64,000 nucleotides of DNA from the human T2T-CHM13v2.0 reference genome, Homo sapiens. The notes below the pieces were generated by a model. That model saw nothing but the letters and a program-made list of their open reading frames with translations, did no database searches and had not been told where the DNA came from. This document shows, one piece after another, positions 31,902 to 46,094 of this stretch. Location: NCBI RefSeq assembly GCF_009914755.1, contig NC_060925.1; one strand, 5' to 3'. Made by a program: the position numbers and the translations under genes. The stretch's first letter is position 1, and every line of letters starts with the position of its first letter.

Positions 31902-32900
31902 CTAAAAATAGAGACAAATAAACAGAGAAAGTCGAAGGAGTCTCCCTATCCTACCTTACCGCAGTTCTATAAGATCTAGAGTTTATTTACCTGAACCTCA
32001 AATTGTAACTATAGATATTTGCAGTTATTATTACATGGCTATTCTCAGGCTCCCAGAAAGACTACCCCTTCCAACATATTTTTATCCACACAGTCATGTT
32101 TTTGGGGTGTTATAAGCAACAGCAAGACCAATAATCTTGGTTGACATCAGTTTTCCAAGAAAACGTTTCATGAGAGAATTAAATCAAGTCCTTTTCCAGG
32201 AGTCAGATAATAATAATGGTGATCATCACTAAGATGTACTGGATATTCTTTCTGTGGCAGGCATTGCTGTGAGTGCTTTCCATGTGTTAAATAATCTAAA
32301 CCTCAAAACAACCCCAGGAGATAGGTAGTAATATTATTCTTGTGAGAAAGGAAACAGAGGCACACTGAGATTCAGCCATCTGCCCCCCGTCACAGATAGT
32401 GAAACAGAAATGTAGGAATTCCAACACAGGTAATCCAGTTCTAATGTCAGTGTTTTTAACCCTACACCCCCATCCCTCATTCTACTGGATCTACCAGGGT
32501 TCCAAGAAAAAGACTCCCAAATTTCTAGTCCAGTTCTCTTTGAAAGTTCTGCTCCCTACAAAATGTTGATTTTGTAAAATCATGGTCTCGGCTTTTTTTA
32601 AGAGTTGCCGTATGTTTCATGGCCTTTGCTGCCACTGGACTGTCTATTCCTCGGGGCAGGTCTGGATCTTTATCTCCACCGCTCTGTTCCCAGAACCTGG
32701 CCCTGCTGAGCCTCATGCACAGGTGCTGCTCAGTAAATAGCTGTTGAATAAATGAAAGCTTTAGCTTGGCTAAAATAAAACTTTTGAATTATGCACAAAT
32801 TTCAATTTTAATCAACTAATTTTCATCTATTATATCTGTTTCCAACAATCTAGTAGGATAGAAAAAACAGACTAAGTTCAAATGTCTTGTTCAAAGTCAC

Positions 32901-34017
32901 TGTCATGGGTTGAATTTGGTCTCCCTCCAAAAAGACATGTTGGGGTCTGTGGCATAACACAAAATATACTTGGTCTTTGTCCCCAGCTCCTGTGCAGGGC
33001 ACAGATCTCCTAAAACCCTTGGAATTTCCTGGCAGAAAGGAGTGTCTTTTTTTATTCATAATAAGCCCCTTCCTCTACCACATCTGAGTTTATGCTAATG
33101 ATGTGACTCAGGGTAGAGCCCCAAGATAGCTGCAGTTTCTGGGGACTGGTCACCAGAAACACCACACATGTGAAGAATGGAACTTTCAGTCCCAACCCTC
33201 AACCTCCAATGGGGGAGTATGGAGCTGGAGATAGGGTTATAAAAACTCTCGAACAACAAGATTTGGAGAGCTTTTGGGTTGCTGAACACTTTGAGGTGCT
33301 GGGAGAGTGGTGCGTCTAGAGAGAGCATAGAAACTCTTCCCCCGACCCCATACTGTGCTTCTCTTCCATGTGGCAGTTCCTGAGCTGCATCCTTCATTTT
33401 AAAGCTGTGATTGTAAGTACAGGATTTTGGCAAAAGTGTGGGTAGCCTGGGCACCACATTTCCAGCTGGCATCTGAAGACGGGGAAGCCTTGTGGGACTG
33501 AACCCGTGGAGTCTGTGTGAATTCTGGATAGTGTCAGAATTCAATTGAATTCTTGGACAACCCATTAATATAGGAGAATTGGTTGGTGCCAAAACAACAA
33601 CAACAAAAAACCAAAACACACATTTGGTGTCAGAAGTGCTGTCAAGAAAAAAGATACCAGAGTGCTAACCCCAGGTACCTCATAATGTGGCCTTGTTTAG
33701 GAACAGGGTCATTGCAGATGTGATTAGTTGAGATGAGGTCACATGGGAGCAAGGTAGGCACCTAATCCAATCCAGTTGGTATCCTTATAAGATGGCCATG
33801 TAAGACAGGCAGAATGCCATGTGCAGACGAAGGATCAGCAGGAAGCATCTACAAGTCAAGGAGTGCCCAAGCACCTACAGGTTTCAGAGGGAGCATGGCC
33901 CTGCCAACACCTTGATTTTGGACTTCCAGCCTTCAGAGCTGTGAGATATAAATGGCTGTTGTCTAAGCTGCCCAGTTAGTGGTATTTTGTTATGGCAGCC
34001 CTAGTAAATGAATGCAC
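32901..34017 (+). mobile_element. MLT1 (MaLR) LTR interrupted by a MER21-like LTR (~32948-33650)
   Basis: MLT1 start TGTCATGGGTTGAAT and end ...TGTTATGGCAGCCCTAG; inner TTGGTCTTTGTCCCC...CTAAAACCCTTGGAATTTCCT resembles MER21. Confidence 0.8.
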
Positions 34018-34394
34018 GCTTGCCACTAGGATGCAAACCCAGGCCTCCTGACCCAGTCTAGAAGCCTTCCTCCTATTCAGGGTGGCTGCCTACCTATTTC
34101 TGCCAACAAAGGCTGCCCTGAGATGATCTGAGAGCTGTGAGTTTGTCCCTCCCCATGGACTGGACCAGCCTCACCATCCCCTGCCTGCTTTTGGCTACAG
34201 CATCAAGAGCCAGGCATGGCTGCCACAGCACAAGGCTATTGGCTGACTTGGAGACCACTCAGAGGAAGATGGGGCAGCTCTAGTTACCAGAAAATGCTAA
34301 TTTGAAGGAAAATTTGATTTTCTACCAAGCAAATACACGACCGTGCAAACAGCCAATTTTCAGAAGCTGATTTTCCATGCTACAGATTACTTAG

Positions 34395-35180
34395 ATATTT
34401 ATTCAGTGCCCACCAAAGGTCAGGCACTATTCTGGGCACTGGGACTGTCACAGTTAACAAAATAGACCACATGCATGCTCTCTGGGCTCATATTCTACTA
34501 AGGGCAGAGAGTCAGTAAATACATGCATAAGATACATCATTGTATCAGATGGTGAAGAATGTTCCCCAAAATAAAGTAGGGTAAGGGGACAGGAACCCTG
34601 GAGGAATGTTGTTTACAGAGCCATAGTTATGTAGATCTCTTCAGTCTGGAAAGATCCCTGTGATAATGGGACATTTGAACAGAGACCTTAACAAAGTAAG
34701 GAAGCAAGCCTGCAGATATGAGGGGCGGGTTGCAGGTTGTGGGGAGAGAAATGTGCTTCTGGCATGAGAACAGCAGGTGGAAAGGCCCTGAAGAGGAAAT
34801 GCGCTCGGTGTATTAAACAGTCAGTAAGGAGGCCGACGTGGCTGGAGCAGAGGAACATGGAGGAGTAGGGAAAATCGTAAGATGAAGAAGAGAGTTGGAG
34901 GCCGGATAATGAAGCAGCTTGGAGGCCAGGGTTGAGACACTGGGTTTTACTCTGAAAGAGAGGAAAAGCCAGTGCAAGCATTTGACAGAGAGGGCTGACA
35001 CCACATGACCTTGATTCTGAAAGGATCTCCCTGAATACAGTGTGCAGAATGGACTGATGGGAGGTGGTAGTGGAAGGAAGAGACTGGCATTGGGAAGGTT
35101 GTGGTGGAGGTGGTGACAAGAGATCAGATTCTGGATTTGTTTCTCAAGTAGAGCCAGTAGGATTTGCTGGTGGATTTTTA
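34395..35180 (-). mobile_element. L2 fragment
   Basis: Reverse L2 3' end (GGCACTATTCTGGGCACTGGG) and GAAAGGATC/GTAGAGCCAGTAGGATTTGCTG motifs; boundaries approximate. Confidence 0.7.
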
Positions 35181-35296
35181 ACTTCTAGATTTAAACTTCA
35201 AATGCTGGTTCTGACAAAGAGCTTGGAAGAAATGAAATTTAAACTAGATGAATGGAGAGGGCTGGGGATCTGAAGAACTCAATTACCTTTACCCTA

Positions 35297-35560
<264 letters not shown>

Positions 35561-36749
35561 TTATCCAATGCAACAGCACCCAGATGCCCTCGAGGTAGAG
35601 GGGAGGGCCAAAAGAGGGTCCCCATTGTCTCTCAGTGTAAGGTCAGCTCAGGAGGGTGAAGGCAGTCTTTCCCTTGACGGCCAGGGGGAGTTCAGAGTGT
35701 CTCTCTGCAAACAAGAGAGTCTCTAGCTATACAGTCACAAAAAACATGAAACAATTCTCAGCCCAGCCCTAATCCACAGTTGCTAGACCTATAGCTTCCT
35801 AGTGATCTATGTACCCAAGAAGATGGCCTCAAATTCCATCTGCCTACTCAAGGATTACCAAAATAGCCCAACTCTGCCCACAGATGAGTCATAAGGATTT
35901 CTTGCCACTTATCCATTGTGATCATTTTAGAAAATTGGGTACTACAAATGGCAGCAATTGATTTCTTATTTAACCTAAGAAATGAAAGGCAGATGCCCTG
36001 ACACCTCTGGAGCCTAATAAGTGTGAGTCGTGAGAACAAGTCAGACTTTCTGTCTTTTCCCAGTGAGGGCAGGTGGTTGTCCCTTCTTGACTCTACAGCA
36101 CAGAGACAGGGAGACTCCGGAGGACAAGGGGAACTGCACCCTCCAGGGCCAGAGGCTGATTAGAGGGTGGAAATGGCCCATTTGAAAACAATTAGAGAAA
36201 AGACAGTGCTCTTTGTCTGGGTCTGGGAATTGTGAACTAGGAAGTTTCTCAGGCCATCAGAAGTCAGCTTCGGGAGTCCTCTCCTGGCCAGCGAGCCTGA
36301 CTCTGTGGACAGTCTCATTTCTGCACTTCTTTCTGCAAACATTGGTAGAGCATGTTAAAGATACTTGTGGAAATACTCCAATTCAAGTTTTTTTGAAGCA
36401 AAACAAAAACCTTTAATTAATGGAAACATCTCTTTAGACAGATAGTAAAGTGGCAAGCTCCCTCCCTTCTGATTCTTCTCAAAGAGTAGGAAAGGAAAAC
36501 TAGTGAAATGGGCTGCTGGCTCTCTCTTGTGAGTAAATAAAGGGACCCATGAGTTGAACTGGTTTTTTAATGACTTTCCAGGGCAGATGAATCAAGCAGG
36601 CGTGGTGAGGAGTCACTGTTGCATCGCTCGGGGTGAGGACTGCTCCCACTTTTGCCCCTGTACATTTTAGCCTCACGTGAACTTTTTAACCTTAGGTCAA
36701 AGGCAAAGTGGACCCCCTCAGAGGGCAGGCTGGGCCTCCAGGACTGCTA

Positions 36750-37046
<297 letters not shown>

Positions 37047-37226
37047 TCAGTAACTCCTGCCCTTGGCCGGACGCCTTCTCATTCTGCCCTAAAGGGCTCT
37101 CTCCCACCAGCCTGCAGTTAGTGTCTAAATTTCTACGCACACTCCATGTGCTGAGTTCCTTTAATCCTAGGAATGCCATTTTCCCTGGGAGGAGTAGCAC
37201 ATTAGACTCCTAACAGTCATCAGTAA

Positions 37227-37521
37227 TGTTAAAAAAATTAATTGGGAGACCATTAGGTTGAAACGGCCCCAGCATTCTGTGTTCCTACATCAGCAAACCA
37301 AAACCCAACTTAGAGAAACTTAACTAATCACAAACTGCCCACTAACCTGTAATCAGGGACTTTCCACTTGAACCAATCAAATATTTGCTTTGTTTTTCTT
37401 TGTCTTGCTTCCCTACCCCTCAGTGGGGCCCTGAACCACTTGTGATCTGGAGCCTCCTGTGAATCACTGTTTGCTGGAATCAACTCTAACATTTTAATGT
37501 GCCTAAGTTTCTCTTTTAATA
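37227..37521 (+). mobile_element. ERV1 LTR, MER93-like
   Basis: TGTTAAAAAAATTAATTGGGAGACCATTAG start, GGGACTTTCC and CCAATC motifs; family from memory. Confidence 0.6.
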
Positions 37522-38563
37522 GTATTTATTATGTGTTAAGTAAGCAAATCCTCGGTGAGAAGAGTGGTAATATGGAGAAATATAGCTGGGACAAGGGAGG
37601 AAGACCTGGGTAGGGGGTCTTGGAGCATCTCCAGGGCCCTGGATAAACCAGGTATATGGAAAACAAAAGAGGGAGATGGGAGGGAACTCCAGAGGAGCTT
37701 CAACATTTTGCCTGGGGCCTGGCCTGTCCTATGCCGTCATCTATACTTGATTTTCTGAGGTTTGCTACCCACACAGGTGAAAATACCAGTAATTAATCCA
37801 AATCACTTGGAAGTGGATTGATCCTCCCCATCCATGAATATCACACAAATATATTTCCTAGAACCTGCTGGCAGTACTCAGTAACTTTCACATTAACCAA
37901 TGAATCAATCACTTTGGCTATGTAGAAAATAGGACCAAACTAGCAACTTTTGCTAGGGGAACTGCTATCCAATTACACTATAGGATAAACTGAGATTGTC
38001 AAAGGTATTAGACCTTCTTGGTTATCTTTTGCTGGAGGCATCCTATGAGGCACTTTACTCTCTGAACACGTAAATGAGTACATAGAATTCATCCTGTGCT
38101 CTTCCCAGGAACATAAAGGAACAAATAGGTCCATGTCCTAAATGAGTTCTGATCAGTTGGCAGTAGTTCCCTGGAGCTCTGGCTTCCTCTCATAGAAAAG
38201 AGACCAATGAGCTGTATCTGTGATGGGCATGCGAGAGCTGAGTGGAACGAATGTGCCATTTGTCTGCTGTGGCTGCCATTTCTCCTTTCTGCTCTCCTGC
38301 CTGTGGGTACTGACAGAACAGACTGAAGAACAGATAAAACAAATGGCAAAGGGGAGCGGGGCACAGAAGAGACCCACGCTTAACTGGAACCCAAATTTGA
38401 GGAAATCTAAATAAAAGTCTAAATTAGGACTCAGAGCTCCTGATTTTGTGTGTCACCCACACGCAGCTCCATAAAAGCAAGTCCATGGCTGAACATGTGG
38501 GTTTTGGATGGAATCACTTTAAGGTAGTTGTTGCAGTTCTCAGAAGAATGAAATCAATTTCTT

Positions 38564-38864
38564 TTTTATTTATTTATTTTTTTAGACAGAGTCTTGCTCT
38601 GTTGCCCAGGCTAGAGTGCAGTGATATGATATCAGCTCACTGAGACCTCCACCTCCTGGGTTCAAGGGATTCTCCTTGCTCAGTCTCCTGAGTAGCCGGG
38701 ACTACAGGCATGTGCCACCGCACCTGGCTAATTTTTGTATTTTTAGGAGAGGCAGGGTTTCGCCATGTTGGCCAGACTGCTCTGGAACTCCTGACCTGAA
38801 GTGATCCACCTGCCTCTGTCTCCCAAAGTATTAGGGTTACAGGCGTGAGCCACCACGCCCAGCC
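38564..38864 (-). mobile_element. AluS, sense to ABCA4, intron 14
   Basis: Reverse-complement Alu; 15-bp TSD TGAAATCAATTTCTT at 38549 and 38865. Confidence 0.95.
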
Positions 38865-40634
38865 TGAAATCAATTTCTTATCCTTGCTCAAAACAAAGTC
38901 CCATAAACTTTTAGGACTTCTAGGACCACAAACTTCTAGGACTTTTCACTGACTTAAGCCAGAGGTGTAATTCACTCTGTGACCCTACAGTTTCACCAGC
39001 TGTGGCTTCCTCAGATGGCCACTTTTCTTTTTGTTTCTAATAGCTCGAGTAACAAAGGGACCTTCCCATTGTCCCTGCTTCCAGCTTCTTTCCTGTGTTG
39101 TTGAGGTGGGGAGGAAGAGACAAGGGAAAGGTGGGAGAGTCATTCAAAGGAAAACCCTGTTTTGGTATGGAAAGCCCTGTTTCCGTCATCACTGGAACAA
39201 TGTTCTAGTTCCCACAAAGAGAAACCCTTTTGTGCATGAAACTCCTGGTGAACATTCTTTACCTCACATCGTAAAAGCTTTGAAGACCTAATGGCCCATT
39301 CTTAGGAGGGCAGATCTCAATGCTGCTTATCAACAAGCCAGGCAAAATCTCATGGCTGTTGCTAGTCAGATGTTTACACATTTTTACTCCTTTAATTCTG
39401 AGGACACAAACATGTTGGTACTGGGAAAAGAAGCAGACTGAGGGATGGGAAAGAACAAGGGAAACCTAGATAAGGACAAGGGGCTCAGCTCCTCCCCTCA
39501 TCTCTTAGAACTTTGGTGCCCTTTGCAAATGTAAGCCCACATCCAGGTGGGGTCAGGTTGTTTGAGCAGAATGACCTCTACCTTAGCATTTGTCTTGTTA
39601 GGACTCTAGCACAGAGCATAACCAAGGCCACAGATCACTGGATCATGGAGCAACATTAAAAAGACAAAACCTTCAGATTTAGTACATTTTACCGTAAGGA
39701 GAAAGGGCAAGATTTGGCTTAACTGGAGATGTGTTGTTTGAACAGGATCTGATGGAACATTTGTGGATCAGGTGGGTACCAGATATGGGCCAGCATGGGA
39801 TGGGAGACACTCAGCCAGTCTGTGGTCACTACACACACTGCCTAGTGTGGTACAGCACTTCCTATCATGATGGGGAAGAAGTAGAACAAGCTCAATCAGT
39901 CCATCTCAGGAGCCTGTAAAGCCTGAAGTCTAAAAATTATACCAAATTCCACCCAATAAAATATAAAAAATGACCTAAATTTATATCCTTATCATTTAAC
40001 AAGTACAAACTATCATCTACGGTGGAGGAGCTAAAAATGAAGGATAGCAGCGCATTGCAAAATAATGTTTCATTTCCAAGTCTAGCTCTCAGAGGAGTTG
40101 CAAGTTTGCAGAGGACAGACCAATAGATGCTGCCTGTGGCTATAAAAACTCCTTATCACTGAGGAAGGATGGACTCCAAATTCCATCCTTTAAAAGAGAG
40201 AGAGGTGTTGGAGCTTTTTCAGGCAGCAGAATGTTTTTTGGTGAAGCCATGTAGGAGGTGACCATGATGGTGATAAGTAAATAATCCAGATCTCCTCCCC
40301 TACTGCTACTGAAAAGGCAAAAGGCTTTCCCCATTTCAACTCTAGCCAGTAGTTAAAATTGTAAGCCCAGGAAAACACTCCCTGAACTGATTTTTTCTGT
40401 GTTTGGAAAGAGAAGACCACTTTAATTACACTATCACCCTGTGCAGGGCTCTGCTAATAGCAGCTTCTCCAGATGGTCACGGAATGGGACTGGGAAGTCT
40501 GTGTGGACCATGGACCCCTGGGCAGGAAGTGGGAGATGGGAGGATGCTGTGATACAGTGGCTCCTTCAGGAGATTTCGTCTCTTTGAGTGTCTCCCACGT
40601 TGGCTAAAAGGAAGGGCTGGGAAGCTAGATGTCA

Positions 40635-41099
<465 letters not shown>

Positions 41100-42778
41100 T
41101 TAATGGGCTGGAATCTTTTAACACATTCCATGTTAGCCCTGAAGCATTATTTTTTGTTTATAGCAGAGTGCTGGCTTTCTGGTTAGCCCGGGTGAATGCT
41201 CTGCAAGTAAAATGTGTCAATAAAATTATATCCTCTATGTCAAAGATCTTCCCTGTAAGGCCTTGCAAGGAAAAAACTGCAGACTTGATGATGTGGATGG
41301 GATCTGAGTAGACAGCTACATGCTGACACTGAAACCCAAGAGGGTGGAGGACTGACAAGGGCAAGTGGTGGTGGTAAGAGCAATAACTTGGCTCCCCAAG
41401 GGGTCAGCCGCCCCAGCACAGTCTGCCCTGGAAGGTCAAACCCTAGTTACACAAAAAGACACACAAAATAACTAATCAGTTTGGCACTTTCAGAAGGCGA
41501 ATGATCCATCAATACATCAGTTATCCAACAGCCACTGGACCCACCACCAGCCATGCACAGGTGGAGGAGACCCTGGTATATCCACCTGGCAAACAGGATA
41601 GATTTGATACACTGGAACGACTTTCTTGTGAACTTTACACGTTTTCCCTGTGTTTCATGTGCTAGTAAAGCCCTTGGGATTATTATCTATTGAAAACTGT
41701 TGTGTGTTGTCACTGAAAGGGCCCAATTCCAGCATGGGAGGGTTTCACTCAAGGTGGCCCTAGGGAGAGAAGCATATGTTCGTAAAGCATGCACTTCTGG
41801 GACTAGCCACCAGAGGACTCTCCCATACCAAATGACCCAGCTCCCTATTGCCTCCCCACACCCACCTCACTTCCCCACCAGCCACTCCCGTCCTGATCCT
41901 AAAGTGGACCTGGGCTTTCGCCCCTGGCTCCATTTCCCAGCTCTGCCTATTGTCCGAACCCAAACTAACTGCAGACTGGCCACTGTTATCTCAAGTTTTC
42001 TGTAGAGCTGAGGCTGGAAAACCCATTGGACAGTTATTAAAAGAGGGTTTCCTGTGTCCACACTGAGTTTTAGGTGAACTCAATTGTAGATCTCTGCTGC
42101 TGTTTTGGTAGTGTGTCTGACCCCATCTATAATGACAAATGAGCCTCCCAACCCTCCACCCCGGCCCTTTCTCTACCACCCCCCAAATCCATATTCAGTC
42201 AAACAGTAGGCTGCTTGCTTGGCTTATTCCTGGTCAACAGATATACAGGCCTGGGATGGGAGTGTCCAGGGAGGCAGGTCCTGAGCTCATCCAACACATT
42301 CCTCTGCCTTGTCATTGAGCATACATCATGGAAATGTTAGTTAGGGAAGGGGCTGCATTATTCCAGGGCTCCCAGGAACCAGACCTACTGGCCATACAGA
42401 GTCCAAAATGAATGCTGATGTGGCAATCATTGGGCAAACATTCTGACCAGAACCCTTCCACATACCAAACATACTACATAGTGGGGAATTTGTCCCCTCC
42501 CCCAGCCTCACTTTCCTTGCTTTAATTTTCCCCTTCCCTTTTCCAGCTACAACATCAACTCTTTTCCCTTTCCCACCACTGCACTGACTCATCTGTGCCT
42601 GCCTGGAGCTTGGGAGAAGCAGGTTCCTCAGTCAGAGCTCCATGCTCTCCAATTTGGCTCTGGTCCCTGGGGCTCTCTCTAAAGACATGGAAGCCTTGAG
42701 GGCACCCCCAGCCCACCCCAGCCCACTCCAGCACCCCCATTAGCGTGTCATGGAGGAGGATCGCGAACTTCAGACTCA

Positions 42779-43006
<228 letters not shown>

Positions 43007-43313
43007 TCATACCTCCCGACCACAGGGTGACTCGGAACTCATTCTCTTAAAATCTTTCTCCTAAACGCTTCAAAAGGATCCAATTCTATTTCCTAGTCCT
43101 CAGTTTAAATCTCAGTTTTGAATATTAGCCACAATGTGACTCTGTAATTGCTTTCATTCAAGGACTCTTTGTTGAGCTTTATAAAATATCTTATTTTTTC
43201 TTATTTAACTTAATTTTATTGATTTATGAGTCCAGTCTCAATCCCTTTCTCTCTACCAAATGTAATTTCCCACTGACTTTGGAGAAATGCAGCGAGCCCT
43301 TCCTGAAACATCA

Positions 43314-43592
<279 letters not shown>

Positions 43593-44734
43593 TCACAGGA
43601 TAAGGGCTGCTGTCCCAGGAAATGGTCAAATGCAAGGAGGCCTATAAACTTAATGTTTGCTTAACTCCAGAGTCTGGTGTTAATTTTTCAACGTGTCCAG
43701 ATGTAGGGGCGCCAGAGAGCTTGGAAGTGCTGACGTGCTCTTATCCCTGCAGAGCTAGTGAGGACCACACTTTCCAGATGTCCAAGGCTGTCCAAATATG
43801 CAAGTCTTCAAAATGACAAAAATACTCCAGGCTTTTACTCTCCAGCATGGGGAGGCGAGGGAGTGGGGTCACACTGGCTACAGCCTGCTTTGAAGATCAG
43901 AAAGCCTGACGATTAAAGAGCTTTAAAGAGAGAGAGAAACATTCCTAGCCTTGAACCTTTCTGGCTCTCTCCAAACACACAGGATGGCCAGCTGAGGGAA
44001 GAGCAAGGAGGAAGAGAGAAAATAACAGACAGCCAAAATAACTTAGTCAGGGAAATCACTTCCAATTACAATTCTGTGACAAGTAATGCTGGGGGAGGAG
44101 GAATTTCTATAATATGCCTCTTTTCTTCTCCTGGAAGAGGAAAAAAAAAACCATTACCCACAAAAGAGCAGAACTAAGAATGTTTGAAAATTTGAATATG
44201 ATGGTTGTCCTCCTGTATAGATTTGTTAAAGCACTTATATTGCTATTTGCATCTATTTCCTTTTCTTTAACCTCCTGTTCCTATCATTGTGAGGGCTATT
44301 GGTGTCGACATTTCTTTCTTAGCATGTAACTCACAAGAAGTCAGATGGTCTTGTCTTGATTAAGTTGTTCCCTGAATGCATACTGAGAGTCTGCAATGTG
44401 CCAGAGCCTGGTCGACTCTAGGAATACAAGAAGGAAAGATAAACATCTCTTCCTGAAAGAAAGTTGAGAGCTAATGAGGGAGAGGATTGGAGCAAACCAA
44501 CAACCATAATGTGGAAGGATCAGGTTCTAATGAAAGCAAGCCCAGTGTATTGGGGAAGCCCAGCGGAGGGACGCAGCTAAGTCTTCCTGGAGGGATCAGG
44601 GAAGGCTGCCTGGAGGAAGAGCCTCCTGAGTAGGAGGATAAGCAGGAATTAGCCGAGGAGAGGAAAGTGGGGGAAAGGTCAGCTCAGGCACAGGGAACAG
44701 CACATGAGGTATCTGGGGACCTACAAGAATAGAT

Positions 44735-44892
44735 CAGTGGTTCCCATCTGTGGCTGTGCTTTAGAACCACTGCGGAGCTTTAAAAGATACCTATGCCAGG
44801 CCCTACCCAAAGCAATTAAATCAGAATCTCTAGTGGCAGGGCCAGGGCATCCATATCTTGTAAAAAACTCCCTAGGTAATTGCAAGGCACAG
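44735..44892 (+). mobile_element. MER5-like hAT-Charlie fragment
   Basis: CAGTGGTTC start, AAATCAGAATCTCT, CTCCCTAGGTAATT. Confidence 0.7.
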
Positions 44893-45940
44893 AAGGGAGT
44901 GTAGGGTGAAGGGAGGTGAGTGTGACAGCAGCACTAGAAAGGAGGGTGGGACCGGACGGTTTGCCCTGCGGGACTCAGTAGTGTGAACGACCAATGCAGG
45001 GCTTCCCCGGACACGTGCTTTCAGTGCTAAGACCAGGGGAGTTCTGGGCAGGCCTTAAACAGCCACAGAAGCTAATGTAGGGTTTTGAGCTGGGATATCA
45101 CCTATGGGATCAGACTATGATCACTGGTAGTGGAGAGGGGGGAAAGCAAGCAGGAAGACTGGGCTATTGATGTACTGCAGGCTTTAAGGAACAGATTCAT
45201 CCCCACAAACTATCTGTGAGTTACCTGGAATCCTCATTTTACTGAAGAGGAAACTGAGCTTTATAAAGTATCTTATTTTTTTGAGGAGACCTGCCTGAGG
45301 TCACCCAGAGAGACAGTGGCAGAGCTGGGACTCCCTCCCCAATTTCACCTTCAGGCCTAGAGTTCTTCCTGCCACACCAGGAACCGTGGGAAAGGCTGGA
45401 TCCACAGCCTGGCGCTCAGGGCCCTCACTACTATCTTGTCAAGTAGGTGGATCAGCAATTACTACTTATCCTCACTTGGCAGCCCCGGAACTTAGGTTCA
45501 ACGAGTCTGAGTGACTCCCCCAGAGGCGTGGTAGAGTAGGTATCAAACCCCAGGTCATTTGATTCCACAACTACTACCCGAGAAATAAAGAAACGAGAAA
45601 GGCAGACAGGGCGTAAGGACCTGACCACAGAACCAAGCTCCACTGCACTGGGAAGAAGCAGGCAATCCCAATTCATTCGCCGAAACCTCTCACTCCCGAG
45701 TCCCACCTGCGCCTCAGAGTATGCACCGGAAGCCTCTGGCGATTCAGAGGCTGTGTTTGAACAAGGGGCTGCACACCCAACACTTCTTGGGCCTCCTGAA
45801 CTAAACTGTCCCACCTCAGCCTCCATGCCCTGGGGGCGGGTCCCATGTAATGTTCTCAGTCTTCTAGATAAAAAGGAAGAAAACTATTAGTGTTCCAGCT
45901 GATATGGGCAGAGGAACACAGGTACATGAAAAATTCTAAA

Positions 45941-46094
45941 GGGCCCAGGCTTAAGTGACACCACGCTGACGAGATATTAATAATGATCTTAAAATGATAT
46001 GGAATTGGTATTTCTTTGGGCCCAGGCTTCAGTGACACCATGCTAATGAGATATTAATAATTATGTTAAAAGGAAATGGAATTGATATTTCTTT
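45941..46094. repeat. 77-bp tandem duplication (2 copies)
   Basis: 45941-46017 vs 46018-46094: 68/77 identical, ungapped. Confidence 0.95.

Noticed and set aside
33095-33619. 174-aa ORF
   Set aside because: Lies antisense within LTR sequence; no recognisable domain.
42245-42390. Recalled pseudoexon near c.1937+435
   Set aside because: The acceptor TAG| at 42385 fits, but I could not fix the donor (CAG|GCCTGT versus CCT|GTATAT), so no boundaries are claimed.
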